64,000 nt of DNA, taken from positions 13,395,934 through 13,459,933 of the forward strand of contig OZ316899.1 of NCBI GenBank assembly GCA_973895155.1, given 5' to 3'. Position 1 is the first letter of the stretch. Each line of letters opens with the position of its first letter. Under the pieces are notes generated by a model. It searched no databases. It was given only the letters and a program-made list of their open reading frames with translations, and was not told the origin of the DNA. The translations under genes and the position numbers were made by a program. Below are positions 12,401 through 24,467 of this stretch, in pieces. Origin of the DNA: Marsupella aquatica. Its lineage: Eukaryota > Plantae > Marchantiophyta.

Positions 12401-14582
12401 ACACGGAGACATCCACGACACTTTACTTACTTTAAGAAATTTTTCTTTATTTTTGGTAATTTTGTATACAACGATGGGCTCACCGCCCTTTTTGGGAAAA
12501 TGGAGCACCTCACCCCCCGGTTTCAAGGTAACATTGTGCTTTCTGAGATAACCTACCGACAAAATGAAGTCTACAGCTAGACCGTCTAGAACGTAGAACA
12601 TCTCCTGACTAACAAAATTTTGTTGTTCGCCTATGACCTCTACCCGAAGTCTATGCACTACTCTCGACACTATCCCCTTCGTGTCGTTGGCAAACTTGCA
12701 CACTAATGGTTGTAACAACTCTTGCACGTCCACCCCAAGACGAGCTGCCGCCTGCCCACTTATGAAGCAGGCGGTCACGCCTGTATCCACCAAAGCAACA
12801 CCCAGATTACCGTTAGAAGTGACATTCACAAAAATCAGTTTTTCAGGATCCATTGTCTTAACTTTAGGTATCTTCTCTCGCAACAACACCCTCTCTCCGT
12901 CAGGGACATCCCCTACAGGGACCTTGTCAGCTACAAAGGGTTCGGTTAGAGCAATACTTACCTTAATGCTCTTCTGCCCTCCACCATCTCCGTTTGGTTT
13001 GCCACCTTTCATGGAACAATCCCTACTTTGATGGCCCATGGCACGACATGTGAAGCACAAACCTTCAGCCCGCCTCTGCTCCATGGTTGCCTACTTCTTT
13101 GCTTTCTGTGCCGATGAGGCTCCTTTCTTAAAGTTGCCGGCCTTCCGGTTTCGCTTAGCTTCTCCATTCTGGGGCTGGGGATCCGAACCACCGGCCCCCG
13201 CCCCCTCAGGTTGCTTACGCTTATTCCTGGGACCTTTTGCTTTCCCAGCTTCCCCCTCGGATCCCTTGCCACCCACCTTCGCCAAGTCCGGTCGGTTATT
13301 CACCAACGTAGTGGCCTTGTCGAAGGCGTCAGAAAGCGTTTTGAACTCATGATGCTTTTCCTGCAACTTTTCCATGAGCAACGGTGGGAGCTTCACGATA
13401 AAGTTGTGAAGCTGTGTATGTAGGGTCTCTTGTCCCGCCGGGATACACGCCAACTGATTTTGGTAATAAGTGATGAACTTTTGATATCACCCCTGAAACT
13501 CATCTCCGTTACGCATTTCTGAGCGTGCTGCTCCGGGTACTTAGTGGTGACATGAGCACGGAGACCCTCAACCAGGTTTTCCCAAGTTAACGGCAAGGAG
13601 GAGTCCTCTCACGACTTCTTCCATGACTTGTACCAAGTCAAGGCATAGTCCTTCAGCTAAGGAGCGGCTGCGGTAGCCCAAGTGGCACGCTCAACGCACG
13701 CTTGGAGATGAATCTCCATCGTGGAGAGCCAACTCAGGACTTTTGTCCACTTTGTTCGTAGGCCCCGTCGTAAGTTGGAGGAGTCGATAGCTGGTTCACT
13801 TGGAACATACTCCGTCCAACTACCATTCCCCCCTCGGGACGCGACGCACTCTGACTTCCCAGACTAAGTAAGTACTTAATTTGGGCCCCCTTGTTGTGTT
13901 CCAACTGCTCATAGATGAGTTGTTGGTCTTGAGTCAACAGACCCAGACCGTTGTCAGCTGTCGGGCCCTTACGGGTTGTATGAGGACGGTCCTCCAACCA
14001 TCTTTCCTTTGCGGGTCGCCTGTCCTTAGGTTCTCTTGTGGATTTTGGTGAAACCCCCCGCGTCTTGCGAGCACCATGACCTCCCGGGACTGAGGTATCA
14101 CCCGCGTCATCCTGGTTCTGCTTGGTCAAATTATCCACGATGATGTTCAGCTCGGCATCATCCTCTGGTTCCGCATTCAACCCTCTCAAGGCTAGGATCA
14201 GTTCCTCTTCCGGGTCCCGACCCTCTTCCTCTGTCTCAGCTTCAGCGTTGTCGTCGCTTGCGGTTGCGTCGGAGTCGTCATCATCCGACCCATCCTTTGA
14301 AGGATCAGCCGCCTCCTTCCCTTTAAGTTGACGGCGTTCTGCACTTGACTTGTTTGCCACAGCGGTCGACGGTTTGGCTGTTGCGTCTTCTTCGTCTGGC
14401 TTGTAACGTTTGTCTAGGGAAGTCCACCCGTCCTCCTTCTGTTCATCGTGAACTTGGGCTCTCCCCTTGGTGGGGGGAGCCTGCTTGCCACTCTTTGCAC
14501 GAGTGTTTTTTGCCATGTTCCCTGCGACCGAATCTGGCCGCAGTCGACCCGTCGGGCACGTTGAAGCACTAAGTCCCCGCAA
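9417..14582 (-). pseudogene. gag-pol of the chromovirus (gag, CCHC knuckle, aspartic protease, RT, RNase H, integrase, chromodomain), disrupted
   Basis: CFTCRAMGHQSRDC knuckle and ALVDTG protease (12131-13084). RT KKDGTLRLCADYRALN..MPFGL..FIDD (11434-12030). RNase H WTDASDYAIGACL (11030-11302). Integrase HDSPWGGH..CYSC..ISMDF..SDRD..DGQTERVN (9974-11029). Chromodomain FEVEAILDHR..EYLVKWAGY..STWEPEENL (9417-9746). Confidence 0.95.
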
Positions 14583-14647
14583 AAATCCCTTTAGATTTTT
14601 TGATTCCGACTTAGCACGACCCCGGCCCGGTGTCTATGCCGGCAATC

Positions 14648-14659
14648 GCTCTGATACCA
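14648..14659 (-). other. Primer-binding site (tRNA-iMet type)
   Basis: Minus strand reads TGGTATCAGAGC 2 nt after the 5' LTR, the canonical plant initiator-Met PBS. Confidence 0.92.
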
Positions 14660-14661
14660 CA

Positions 14662-15939
14662 AGTGGTGGACGTCACCACCCAGCGCCCTCACCAATCCCA
14701 GCACTCGCGCTTAAGTGCCCTTGGTGCCCGAACACCTCCACGGAATACCTCGAGCAAGCATCTAAGTGCCTCTTGCACCACCTATAGCCACTCCCATATG
14801 AAGCCGCACTTGCTCACCTACACGACCACTACTCAACGGTCCTCACTGTTTGCACAAACAAGCAAGCACCTCGGTAAGTAACCCCTCCGGATCTAGAACT
14901 CGCCCAATCTAGCATCCTAACTCAAGATCAACAGACGTTGGTAAATAGGTCAGTGATAGGTACTCCCGATGCCATAAGCCGGAACCAAAACCCACGCCCA
15001 CTGTTCATCCAGGACAGCTCCTTCCTTGGGCGCGGCCCGGGTTCCCCCTCGTACCTATCCATCACCAATTGACCGCCTTGACCTTAGGATATGCTCATGG
15101 CCCAATTAGCGTAGCTTGTCCTAAAGCTTGTCCCAAGCTTGTCTCAACACGTCGGGACCAGAATGGCCACAACTCTAACAACCGCTCCCGATTTTCCCCA
15201 CTGATGGTCTAGGGACCAAGCGCCCTTGGGACTCAGCCTCCATACCTACTTGGCCTTGCCTCCCCAACGCAAGCTCCCTTGGGAGGCTGAACACGGCTTG
15301 GCTGCTGTTCGGCAGGATTTGGCAAACAAGCGAGCTAACACCCACAAACCACGAGAACCCATGGCACCCCATGACCCAGCTTTGGTCCCTAAACATTTGG
15401 CCCCCAACCCGGATCCCATCGCGCATAATGGGCACGCCACCAACTGACAACGCCCATAACTTTCTTGATAGGCATCCGCAAGTGGAGTGCGTAGGCCCGT
15501 TGTGACCGGGCCGACCCAGTGCTCATGCCTAGGCCCTCAGGTCTGATCGCCGCTTGGGGCCCCCGATCGGCCCAACCCGGATCGGGCCACAAGTTGCACC
15601 CCAAGCGTCTGTTGCCAATGGCGTCAACTCCATTGGCCTTGGGCCCAAGAGGAGCTCGCTCCCAAGCCCTCAGAACTCAAAGCCCATCCGACGATCTGGA
15701 CGGCCATCCTTGAGCCTGGCCCATTTCCCCTTGACTCGACCAGCCATAGGCTAGTCCAAGTCCTTAGTTTGTGTCCCCAGCTTGGCCCCTTGCCTCGCGA
15801 GTGCGACGTCTCATTGCCCACAAGTCTCCCCATGCTAAGTCCTCCCCGGATGGCCTATCCGGGCCTGGACCATAAGGGAGCTCGGCGTTGGAGTCAGCGA
15901 CGCCGGAGCTAAGTGTTAAGGTAGTCAAGTTCCGCGACT
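14662..15939 (-). repeat. 5' LTR of the chromovirus (1278 bp)
   Basis: Direct repeat of 7501-8986, immediately followed on the minus strand by the PBS. Confidence 0.93.
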
Positions 15940-16074
15940 ATATATAAGTAAGCAATTTCCAATGCAAACTCATAATTAGACAAAGAGTTCCATGAAGGGT
16001 ACAATGAAGCTCAAATAATGATATGTGCAAGGAATGTCATGTATTGAATAGGTGATGTACATATAAAGTTGTGA

Positions 16075-17640
16075 TCAATGCCAATCATAATCTACAAAAA
16101 TCTCATCTCCTGCTCTAATGGTGTGGGTGGGATGCATCAAGACATAATGTGTGCATGCCATGGGCAAACGTGGGTGACATGCATCATGGTACTCGTGCCA
16201 CTCAGCGTTTGGCCTAAACCCTAAACGCCGACACCCAACAGTGCTATTCATGTAGCCCGCCAAGTTTCCTGTGCGAGGTAGATAACCATCCATCTGAGAA
16301 TACCTAGGGTCCATCTTCAGTGACATGCCATATCGACCAAAGGTCGGACACTGTCAAGACAAGATTTGCCATCTCTGGGCCAAATACTTCGGCCCATAGA
16401 ATGGGAACAATTGAGGTAAATCGTCAGGGGCACACCCATGAGGGACCACTATATCCACAAGTGCAAAAACGCCAAGGCCAACGTCAGGTCCCAATGTGGA
16501 TGGGAGGAGGGCCCACGGCCGACCCCAGACTATGATAGGTTCCCTGACTGGAAGGTCGTCTGGGAGTCCAAACTGGGCAGGGAAGGAGTCCTTTATGATA
16601 TCCAAGGCTCTCCCTCGCAACTGTCTTGCGACTCTCAAAGAAGGTGCATCAAGAAAAGGACAATGTGGCGGCACTATCCTAGGTGGACGAGACTCCATCA
16701 ACCTCAGTCTAGTGGTCACCACTACTCCCCTCTCAATAGGGTGCACTTGCGCCACTCTCCCATCAAAAACACGGTCTATAGCCCTCAATGTGGCAGACAA
16801 TGTTGATGGGGGTACTAGAGGGGTGATTGCACGCCTTGCAATCTCTCTCATGCTGTCCACGGCCGAAGGCACTACAATAGGAATCTGTCCACATGTGACC
16901 AGCAAGGCAACTTCAGAATTTGCGTATGAAAGCATGAACAATTGCAGCCTAGACAACTTCTAGTTAGGTAAAAAATGAAAGCAACTAAATAATTGAAATG
17001 TTTAAACCTTATATTTACCTCTTGTGTGGGCGGTATATAACGACCGTGGATCCCTAAATGGCTAAGGACAGTGGTCCCCTGTTGTGAGATACAACTCCCT
17101 TGCACCGCCTACATGGGCAAGGCATCTTACGGATAGGTCCAATCCCCTGAATGGCAGCCATAGCATCTCCAAATCCCTCCTCAGCCGTGGATGGGTTGTG
17201 ATACTAGTGTGAGGGACTGAAGGATCTAGTATCTCTCCTTCTGTCCCGCCGATGTCTGCGTCGGTGATGCCTGGACCAATGGCGCCTAGATGGTGAGTCA
17301 TCCCTCCTCCTGCCCCGGGAGTGATCCCTCCTCTCCTGGGAGTCATGGCTCGTCATCCCTGGGGACACATCCCTCCTCCCTGGCGACTCATCCCTCCTCC
17401 TCCTCCCTGGCGACTCATCCCTCCTCCTCCTCCTTCATCGTGACCCATCCCTCCTCCTATCCGTGGATCCATGGCTCCTCCTCTCCTCGGACTCATCACT
17501 AGTCCTCCCCATGACTGATCTCTCCTCCTCCCCAACGACTCATCCCTCTCCCTACTATGATGACCATGTCTGCGTCGGTGACAAGTACCTCCATCACGAT
17601 GGACATTGTATGATGAGGAAGACCCATACGTCGCCATATG
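16075..17640 (-). pseudogene. SET-domain (lysine methyltransferase-like) gene carried inside the CACTA element; one in-frame stop; Gly/Arg-rich 5' exon
   Basis: ORFs 16354-16956 and 16075-16326 are in the same frame, separated by one TGA. Together they give PSTLGPDVGLGVFA...GNLAGYMNS..PNA...IRAGDEIFVDYDW, the SET motifs GxG-VFA, (R)xxN(H)S..PN and GxExxxDY. A 59-nt GT-AG intron at 16960-17018 links to upstream low-complexity coding sequence. The 5' limit is approximate. Confidence 0.85.
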
Positions 17641-19494
17641 GTCCTGCAACAACATACATGCCAGATACCAATTAGTACCATTCAAATAATGGCCACAAAC
17701 CCTAAAAACTTATGGAGTTTTAAACGTTGTATAAACCCCACACGTTTTCCTACCCTATGTAAACCCCAAATGTAACGTCGTTTATATAAACCCCGGACAT
17801 CGTAACCCCCTATTTTACGACGTACTGTGATGTTTACGTCGTCCCCCAGAACATTCTATTTAGGGTTTATGAAAAGAACATTGTTAAAAACGACGTTACA
17901 TTGGGAGAACGAGGGTTCTTCGTGGTTTCGTGCGTAGCTTGGCGTTTTCCAAAGGAAAACATCGGGGTAATAGTCAAATGTGAGACACATTCGACGTCTC
18001 GGACCCCAACTCCCCTCCTCTCTCTTTCTCTCATTCAATTTTGACCTCTACGTTTGACAGTTGCCCTTCCAATGTCGAGACCAGCCTATCTTCCTTTCAG
18101 TGTGAACTTTGATGCAGACAAGGTGGCCATGGACAATTCAGAGGAGTTGGAGAAGGTGCGTCGAACTTTGCTTTCCACCCACCCATTGATCAACGCTTTC
18201 AATCAAAGGTTGAGATACTTGGGAGGAGTGGGAAGCAAAGAGTCCCAGTTTTTGGAGTACCTAGGCAATATCGAGGCCAATGCTCCTGCCGTGGATGAGG
18301 ATGAACAGATTCCCACTGCAAAGTGCTTGGGGGAGCTTGGTGAGGCTTCAGTGAATCCTCTACCTTTGTTCCCTTCGCTACCAGATGATGGTTGGGATGA
18401 TCTAGCTTTCTTAGGAATGGCGCGTGATTCTCAGGTTCATTCTGGGACTCCTATCAAAAGCCAGGTCAGGATCCCACATGATAGATATGAGCCAAAGGAT
18501 GGGGGGCGGGATTATCAAAGGAAGAGAAAGCATTGATCCCCTTCTAGGAGCAAAAGCAATAGCATTGACAGGAGAAGACAAAAAGAGAAGGGAAAGGAGC
18601 GCAGACGTGTAGATGTAGACCCAAAGGCGGACAGGGGAAGGAGGCAATTACCTCCACAGTCACATTCATCTTGTCCTCAGGCACCAGATTTTGCCCAGCG
18701 AGCTACAACAAAATCCAGCAATAGAGAGGAGCTCCCGACCATAACTTTGGCAGCTTTTGATGCAAAACCGGATGTCCTTGATGAGAAGGCACTCACCAAT
18801 CGAGTGCAGACCTGCTGTGCAAAACACTGCCTGGGTTGGACAACCTAGAAGGATTTGTCACATAACACCAAGAAATTTCAGACACTCCTCAATGATGTGC
18901 AAACTGGGTTCCGCAATGGGAGAGAAATTGACTTCCGTCACATGAGGCAAAAGATTGTAAACCACTTGGCGGATAGAAGGTTTAGGTGGAAAAACAAGGT
19001 TCGAAAATCAAAATCTTTGCAGACAAGGGAGTACCACAAACCTGAAGGGATGACTAAGGCTAATTTCAATCTGATCGTCAGCAAGTTGGAGGCAGACCCA
19101 GACACGGCAGTAGGAAAGCGAGTGCGCATGGGGGACAAAGCAACAGCAGCTCGAAAGCAGACTGGCCGGCTTGTAGTGACCAATTTCTGGGGGCAAGGAG
19201 GATGGCGAGGCTTCCTTGCAACCTATGTAAGTGCCCATCCTGATTTCCTTGTTGTTTGTGCGTACCGGAGCCTTGCGATGAACTCCTGCTGCAAACGTCT
19301 ATGTTGCCAATTTTACGTTGCAATCCACTAGTAACGTCGTCCCTCACATCATAGACTCCTTCTTACGTACATCCTAACGATGTTATGTTAGTGAAACGTC
19401 TTCTCATCGATGTTACAACTATGCAGTCCGTCTTTACGTTGCAAAAAACAACGTTATTGAATGTACGTCCCATTCCGCGTCGTACATTACAATG

Positions 19495-22236
19495 TGTGAC
19501 GCCGGTGACATGGTCCTTATTCAATAATACAATGGAATTGGTATGCTGTGCACAGTATGTAACTGTCAGACTATAGAACGATCAGCAAGATGGCAAGAAT
19601 AAGGGCAATCATGGCGTTGAGAGCAGGACTAGGGCAGTTTAGCTTGAAGAGCGCACAGCCGAGACAGACATAACGGCCACAGTCATTGTCAGGGCCACAA
19701 ATAAGTAGCTAAAGGACAAGAGGATTCACCTCCTCTACCATACTACCATGCTAACGGGCACAATGGAGCATGGAGGCTCTCCAAGACGTAGGGGCAAGGG
19801 GAAGTGAGTCTCCACAATTGAGAAAACGGTTGTGTGGTATGGTGATTGTTATCATGATGAAATCTGAATGTCTTGGGTGTGTATCTTCATTTCGTTACTT
19901 AGGTTAGTGATTCATAGTCTAGTTTTAGTGTGATAGGGAAATAAAAAGCTATGTCGCGGGTGGTCGGCGACCGTATCTCTTTCAATGTGTCGCCAAATCC
20001 GGATCTGTAAAGAGCATTGGAAAGATCTGGTCAAGGCGAGTAAAATCGATATAAAACACTCGGGAAACGGAGGTGTATTAAGAAAGATACAGCTTGATTA
20101 GTGTGTCGGGTTAACGTGTGACCGGAATTAGCGAGTTTGGCTTCAGTTTCGGGTTAACCTAAGCTTGGCCACGGCTTAGCTTAGGTCAGCCCGGTTTCAG
20201 CTTAGGCTTAGCCCAAGTTTGGGTTAGCCTGACCTCGGGCCCGGGTTAGCATAATTATAGGTCAGCTTGGGTTTGGGCTCAGACTAGCGGCTAGCAGACT
20301 AGCAGACTAGCGGATAGTAGACTAGCGGCTAGCAGACTAGCGGATAAGCGGCTAGCAGACTAGCAGACTAGCGGATAGTAGCTAGCGGCTAGCAGACTAG
20401 CAGACTAGCGGATTAGCCAGAGGCCACGGGTTAGCTCTACTCGGGCTAGATAGGATAGCTTGGTTAGCCAAACTCGGGTTAGCTATGTAACTCGGGTTAG
20501 CGCAACAGTGTGTACCCCCTCTCGGTTGTGGGGGCATAATTTTCTCTGTATTTGCCCAAATTGGCTATAATTGACCTCGTTGGAAAGAGGAGCTCAAGCC
20601 GCTTCCAACGCTGCTATCCACGCAGCAAATGGTTGAATAGAGAAATCTGGAGATGAGGCGCAAGCTCGCAAAAATTGTGGAGGAGGGCCAAATCCGAAAT
20701 ACATAGTCAGTTTGAGGTAGAAATAAAGTTGCGAGTTAGGGTTTAGTAGTTAGATATAGTGGCGGCTCTGTTAGGGCTAGGATGGGGCGCCAATAACGTA
20801 GCATCCACCCATTTGGGCTTAGTGTGAGAGTATATAGGGCAGCCCCCTAGTAGAGGCAGGGGGGACTTCAGTTGTGTGATCTCACGTAGACTGAGCATCA
20901 GGGAGGAGCTCTGTGCAAGCAAGGCTGGACTTGGACGTCGTGTGTTGGGGAGAGCTGGGTTGTGCTATTACTCAGGGAGTAATCAGCCAAGCTTCACAGC
21001 AACGGTTTGCCAAGTTTGCGAGCTGGATTGTGGCTCTTTCTAGTGGGCAGCACAACTGGTTTCTTTTCCCCCGATACATAGCCTTGGTGATAGGTGATGT
21101 ATTGGTGATTGTACACTATGGGGAGGATTTTGATTGCATTTACGATGAGCACAGTAGGGAGGCTGAGACACTGATCAAGGTGCAACAGGAGGAGGATTTA
21201 CAGTCAGTTTGGCAAGGCTACGTGATCCATGGGGAGTCCCGACCGTCGTCTGGTAGAGAGCACTAAGGGATTTATGGCCAAAGCTGAGCTTGCAGGGCAA
21301 GCATGAGGCCGGGCCTCATTGTAGTCTGGGGTAGATCGCCATTAGGCCTGGTACCAACTTTGAAGTCAAGTCAACTGTGCATGCGTAACTTGACATTCTG
21401 AAATGGAGGTGTGAGATCTGTATGTGCCCCCAAGAATGAAGTGCAGTGAAGGAGGTTGAGTTTAGGATTGAGTTTGCAAGGCAAGTACGGGATTGGTTTG
21501 AGTCCAATCTGCCGTCGCAATCTGGAGTGAGCCGGGCTCAGGTTCAGGATTGAGCTTGCATGGCAAGCATGGGGCTTGCAGGGCAAGCACGTCGCAATCT
21601 GGAGTAGACAGCCTTCGGGACTATTGGTCGAATCAAGTGTTCTCAGTGAACTATTGTGCACATCATTGAATCTAATTGAGTTTTCCTCTCAGGCCTCATT
21701 TCTCTCATGGATATGTGTGTGTGTGAGGCAATCTGAGTGTATGATGGGACTAGCAACGCCACTGAGAGGTGTACCAGGTGCATTGAAGTGGGTTGGTGAG
21801 GGCTACAGTCATAACTCTGATTGTTGGGAGTGGAATGGCAGAGTGATGGGGCAATGGCTTAGAAGTCCCTAAGCCGGGAATCAGTCAGAGTCACTGGTTT
21901 ATGGGTACATTTCGGCGGCGGAATAGAAACATACCTATGGCAGTAAGCATACGTATAGACATATGCGCACTGTAGCGCTAGGCCCGGGCCCAACATGAAG
22001 ACCCCTTCTCACCAGAACTATCATGAGTGCAAGAGCTAATTCCCAACCTTGGTCCTTTGGGATTGAGCTTGGGTGATGTGTGACAGAGTCTTGCTATGAT
22101 AGTCTGGCGTTAAGGGGATAAACCGGTGTATACCAGCCTTCACAACATCCCTCCGTGATCCTCAGGTACAAGGAGATAGTTTTGGCACCCAATAGTGACA
22201 GCTTTGTTGTCAAGACCCAATGTCAACCGCTTGACA
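19495..22236. mobile_element. Solo LTR (~2.74 kb), same family as 31656-34371
   Basis: TG...CA termini (TGTGACGCC...TTGACA) and collinear similarity with 31656-34371 along its length. Flanks CAATG/AAATT do not form a clean TSD. Confidence 0.85.
20280..20415. repeat. Short tandem array (AGACTAGC/GGCTAGC units) within the solo LTR
   Basis: Repeated agactagcggctagc / agactagcggatagt units. Confidence 0.85.
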
Positions 22237-22618
22237 AAATTACCTGTACGACGTTACGCTGCAGAAGCGCAAGTATGGACGAGAGGCTGAGCCTAGCGAG
22301 GAGGAACGGCTGTACTCCAAGCGGTATGGCCCTGCGGCATTGTGGGCCAAGTTGGATTCCACCCCAGAAGAGTTCCTTGTAAGTAGGAATCCAACAACAT
22401 TCCTTGGCAGTGCTAGTTGTATAAGCTCTATTGTGTCAGCATGTATTGATACATAGAATATGTCATGTGCAGGTGGATTGGACCCCTCCGGAGGGGTTAG
22501 TGGCACGCCCCATCATAGAGGATGAGCAGGTGGACATTGTACCTGATGAGGAGGGTACCCAGGAGGAGGCACCTCTAGCTTGCAAACAGCAGGGCAGTGC
22601 AGGCACATAGGCTCGTGA

Positions 22619-22800
22619 TAGAGAGAGAGGCAAAGGAGGGAGAGATAGAGGGAGGGAGAGAGAGGGAGGTGAGGGAGGGAGAGATAGAGGGAGGGAGATA
22701 AGGGAGAGAGGGAGGGAGAGAGGGAGAGATAGATGGAGGGAGAGAGAGAGGGAGGGAGAGAGAGAGGGACGAGGGAAGGAGAGAGAGAGGGAGGACGAGG
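22619..22800. repeat. GA-rich (GGGA/GAGA) simple repeat
   Basis: Almost pure purine tract. Confidence 0.9.
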
Positions 22801-23006
22801 AGCCATGTCCACAGGGACACCACCAGGAGATCCCGCAACACTAGAGGCAAGGGTGCGGAACAGACAGATCCTTTGTCCTCCAGTAGTAGTAGCTCAGATG
22901 AGGATGAGCAAAGGATTGAGTTGCGTTGTCGAGGCGAACAGTCAGGAGGTGCGCAAGAGAGTTCCGTCCGTAGGTCTGGATGGAACATGAGCCACTCTCA
23001 GTGACA

Positions 23007-23029
23007 TTAGGGTTTAGGGTTTAGGGTTT
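23007..23029 (+). repeat. Short interstitial plant telomere-like repeat (TTTAGGG x ~3)
   Basis: ttagggtttagggtttagggttt; a similar motif occurs at 4820-4847. Confidence 0.7.
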
Positions 23030-23214
23030 GCACGACTTCCTCCTGAATTTTGTAAATTTCCCAATTCTATTTTGATCTCACCCATATGTAGTGGTGCCAC
23101 ATTCCAGGATTGAACTGTGTACAATGGGCATGTATTGATCTTGAACACTTGATTGTGTATTTTGTATGTATTCCCTATCCCCTAAACCCGCCCACATAAC
23201 CATGGAGCCCTAAA

Positions 23215-23680
23215 CAACATCATACGTCGGAATTAACATCCCCACAAAAGTCAGATAATTTTAGTATACCTCGTCTATGGGAAGAATCCAACATCTTATT
23301 TGCCGTTGTCAAGTTAATTACGTCATTCCATATGACCAACATAATGTCATGAACAACGACACACACTCACATATACGTCGTTTATAAGGCCTCGTGTAAA
23401 CACGTAATGTATGACGTAATTCACTCTGACGTCGTATTAAAGGACGTAAACAACTGTAATTATCTTAGTAAACTCTTCCCCTTGGAACGTCGTACTCAAC
23501 TATGTTAAGAATGTTATGTCACTTAAAACGTGGTAATAAACGTCGTTGTGGACGACGTAAATGAGGTCATCTAGGTCTGGGCTCTTTACATGCCCAATTT
23601 CACATCGCTGTAATCGACTTTGCTTTGGGGCAAGTTCACATCGTGTTTAGCGTCAACTCAGATTACGTTAAACCCTCCAG
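23215..23680. repeat. Right subterminal ACGT-core motif array of the CACTA element
   Basis: Many TACGTC/GACGT/ACGTCGT motifs leading up to the TIR. Confidence 0.7.
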
Positions 23681-24467
23681 AATTGTAGTTGTGTCACTTA
23701 TGGAGTCTCAGATTTAGATTTGTAAGGGTCTTACCTTTACCTTGTCTCTTAGAGTCTAGAATTCCTTTTAGATAGGAATAGATTTCTCACCTTAGGAGAA
23801 AACACTTTGGTTTCTCCCATGTTATGAGGGAGCCCCCTACATTTGGACACCCAAGCAAATGCTTATGTCTTTTCCTTGAAAATCGATTCTTGACCAATTT
23901 TGGGTCTTTCTCTCATGCCAAATTGGGCTTAGGAGAGAGAATTGAAATAAGAGGATTTGCACCAATTGTGTTGAGATCATGAATTCAATTAGTAATCCAT
24001 TGATGAAATGTTGAAATCTATGAGTTACTTATAAGAAGTGTAAAATTCTTAAGGGGAACCTTCAAATCTAGGGAAATGAGAATTGTAATGAGTCATTTGT
24101 TGTAAAACCGATCTCAAACCTGAGTATATGGAATTCAATGATAAGTGAAAATCAAAATACCTATTGATAGTAAGTGAACACTTGAGAATTTACTAATCTA
24201 GTAATCTATGAAAGAATCGTATTGAATTATGATATGAAGAAAGCTCTGAAATCACTTTAAGATTTCGAATTATACAAAACCTGAATAAATCGCTTTCCTT
24301 ATTCCTTACGGGACCGAATCCTGGTTGTTTTGAGCAAGATCTTAGACATTTGGTGTTGTTCTACTTACCACACCACTTCAACAAATTTTCTTCATCAAAT
24401 TCCGCAGGCACTGATGGTGAATATAGACATAGACTCCCTTACGCAAGGAGGATCGTCTGGCTTACCC

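Larger units (their letters stand above)
7501..15939 (-). mobile_element. Full-length Ty3/gypsy chromovirus LTR retrotransposon nested in the CACTA element
   Basis: Two LTRs (7501-8986, 14662-15939), 5-bp TSD ATATA (7496-7500 and 15940-15944), tRNA-iMet-type PBS, and gag-PR-RT-RH-IN-chromodomain order. Confidence 0.95.
18072..22990 (+). pseudogene. CACTA accessory (TnpA / Ptta-En-Spm-like) gene, spliced, with a solo LTR in its intron
   Basis: 18855-19225 reads HLADRRFRWKNKVRK..KPEGMTKANFNLIV..NFWGQGGWRGFLATY, then a GTAAGT donor at ~19226. An acceptor at ~22264 resumes KRKYGREAEP. The later exon is GA-rich low complexity. The gene is divergent from the SET and transposase genes. Confidence 0.55.
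2559..23693 (-). mobile_element. CACTA / CMC-EnSpm DNA transposon (21.1 kb including nested insertions)
   Basis: Perfect 13-bp TIR CACAACTACAATT (2559-2571) / AATTGTAGTTGTG (23681-23693). 3-bp TSD TCA at 2556-2558 and 23694-23696. ACGT-rich subterminal regions and an internal EnSpm transposase. Confidence 0.93.

Noticed and set aside
20913-21872. Short ORFs inside the solo LTRs (also 33122-34054)
   Set aside because: Frames are not preserved between the two LTR copies and no domain is recognisable.
22513-22988. Leu/Ser/Pro-rich minus-strand ORFs
   Set aside because: Artefacts of the GA simple repeat.
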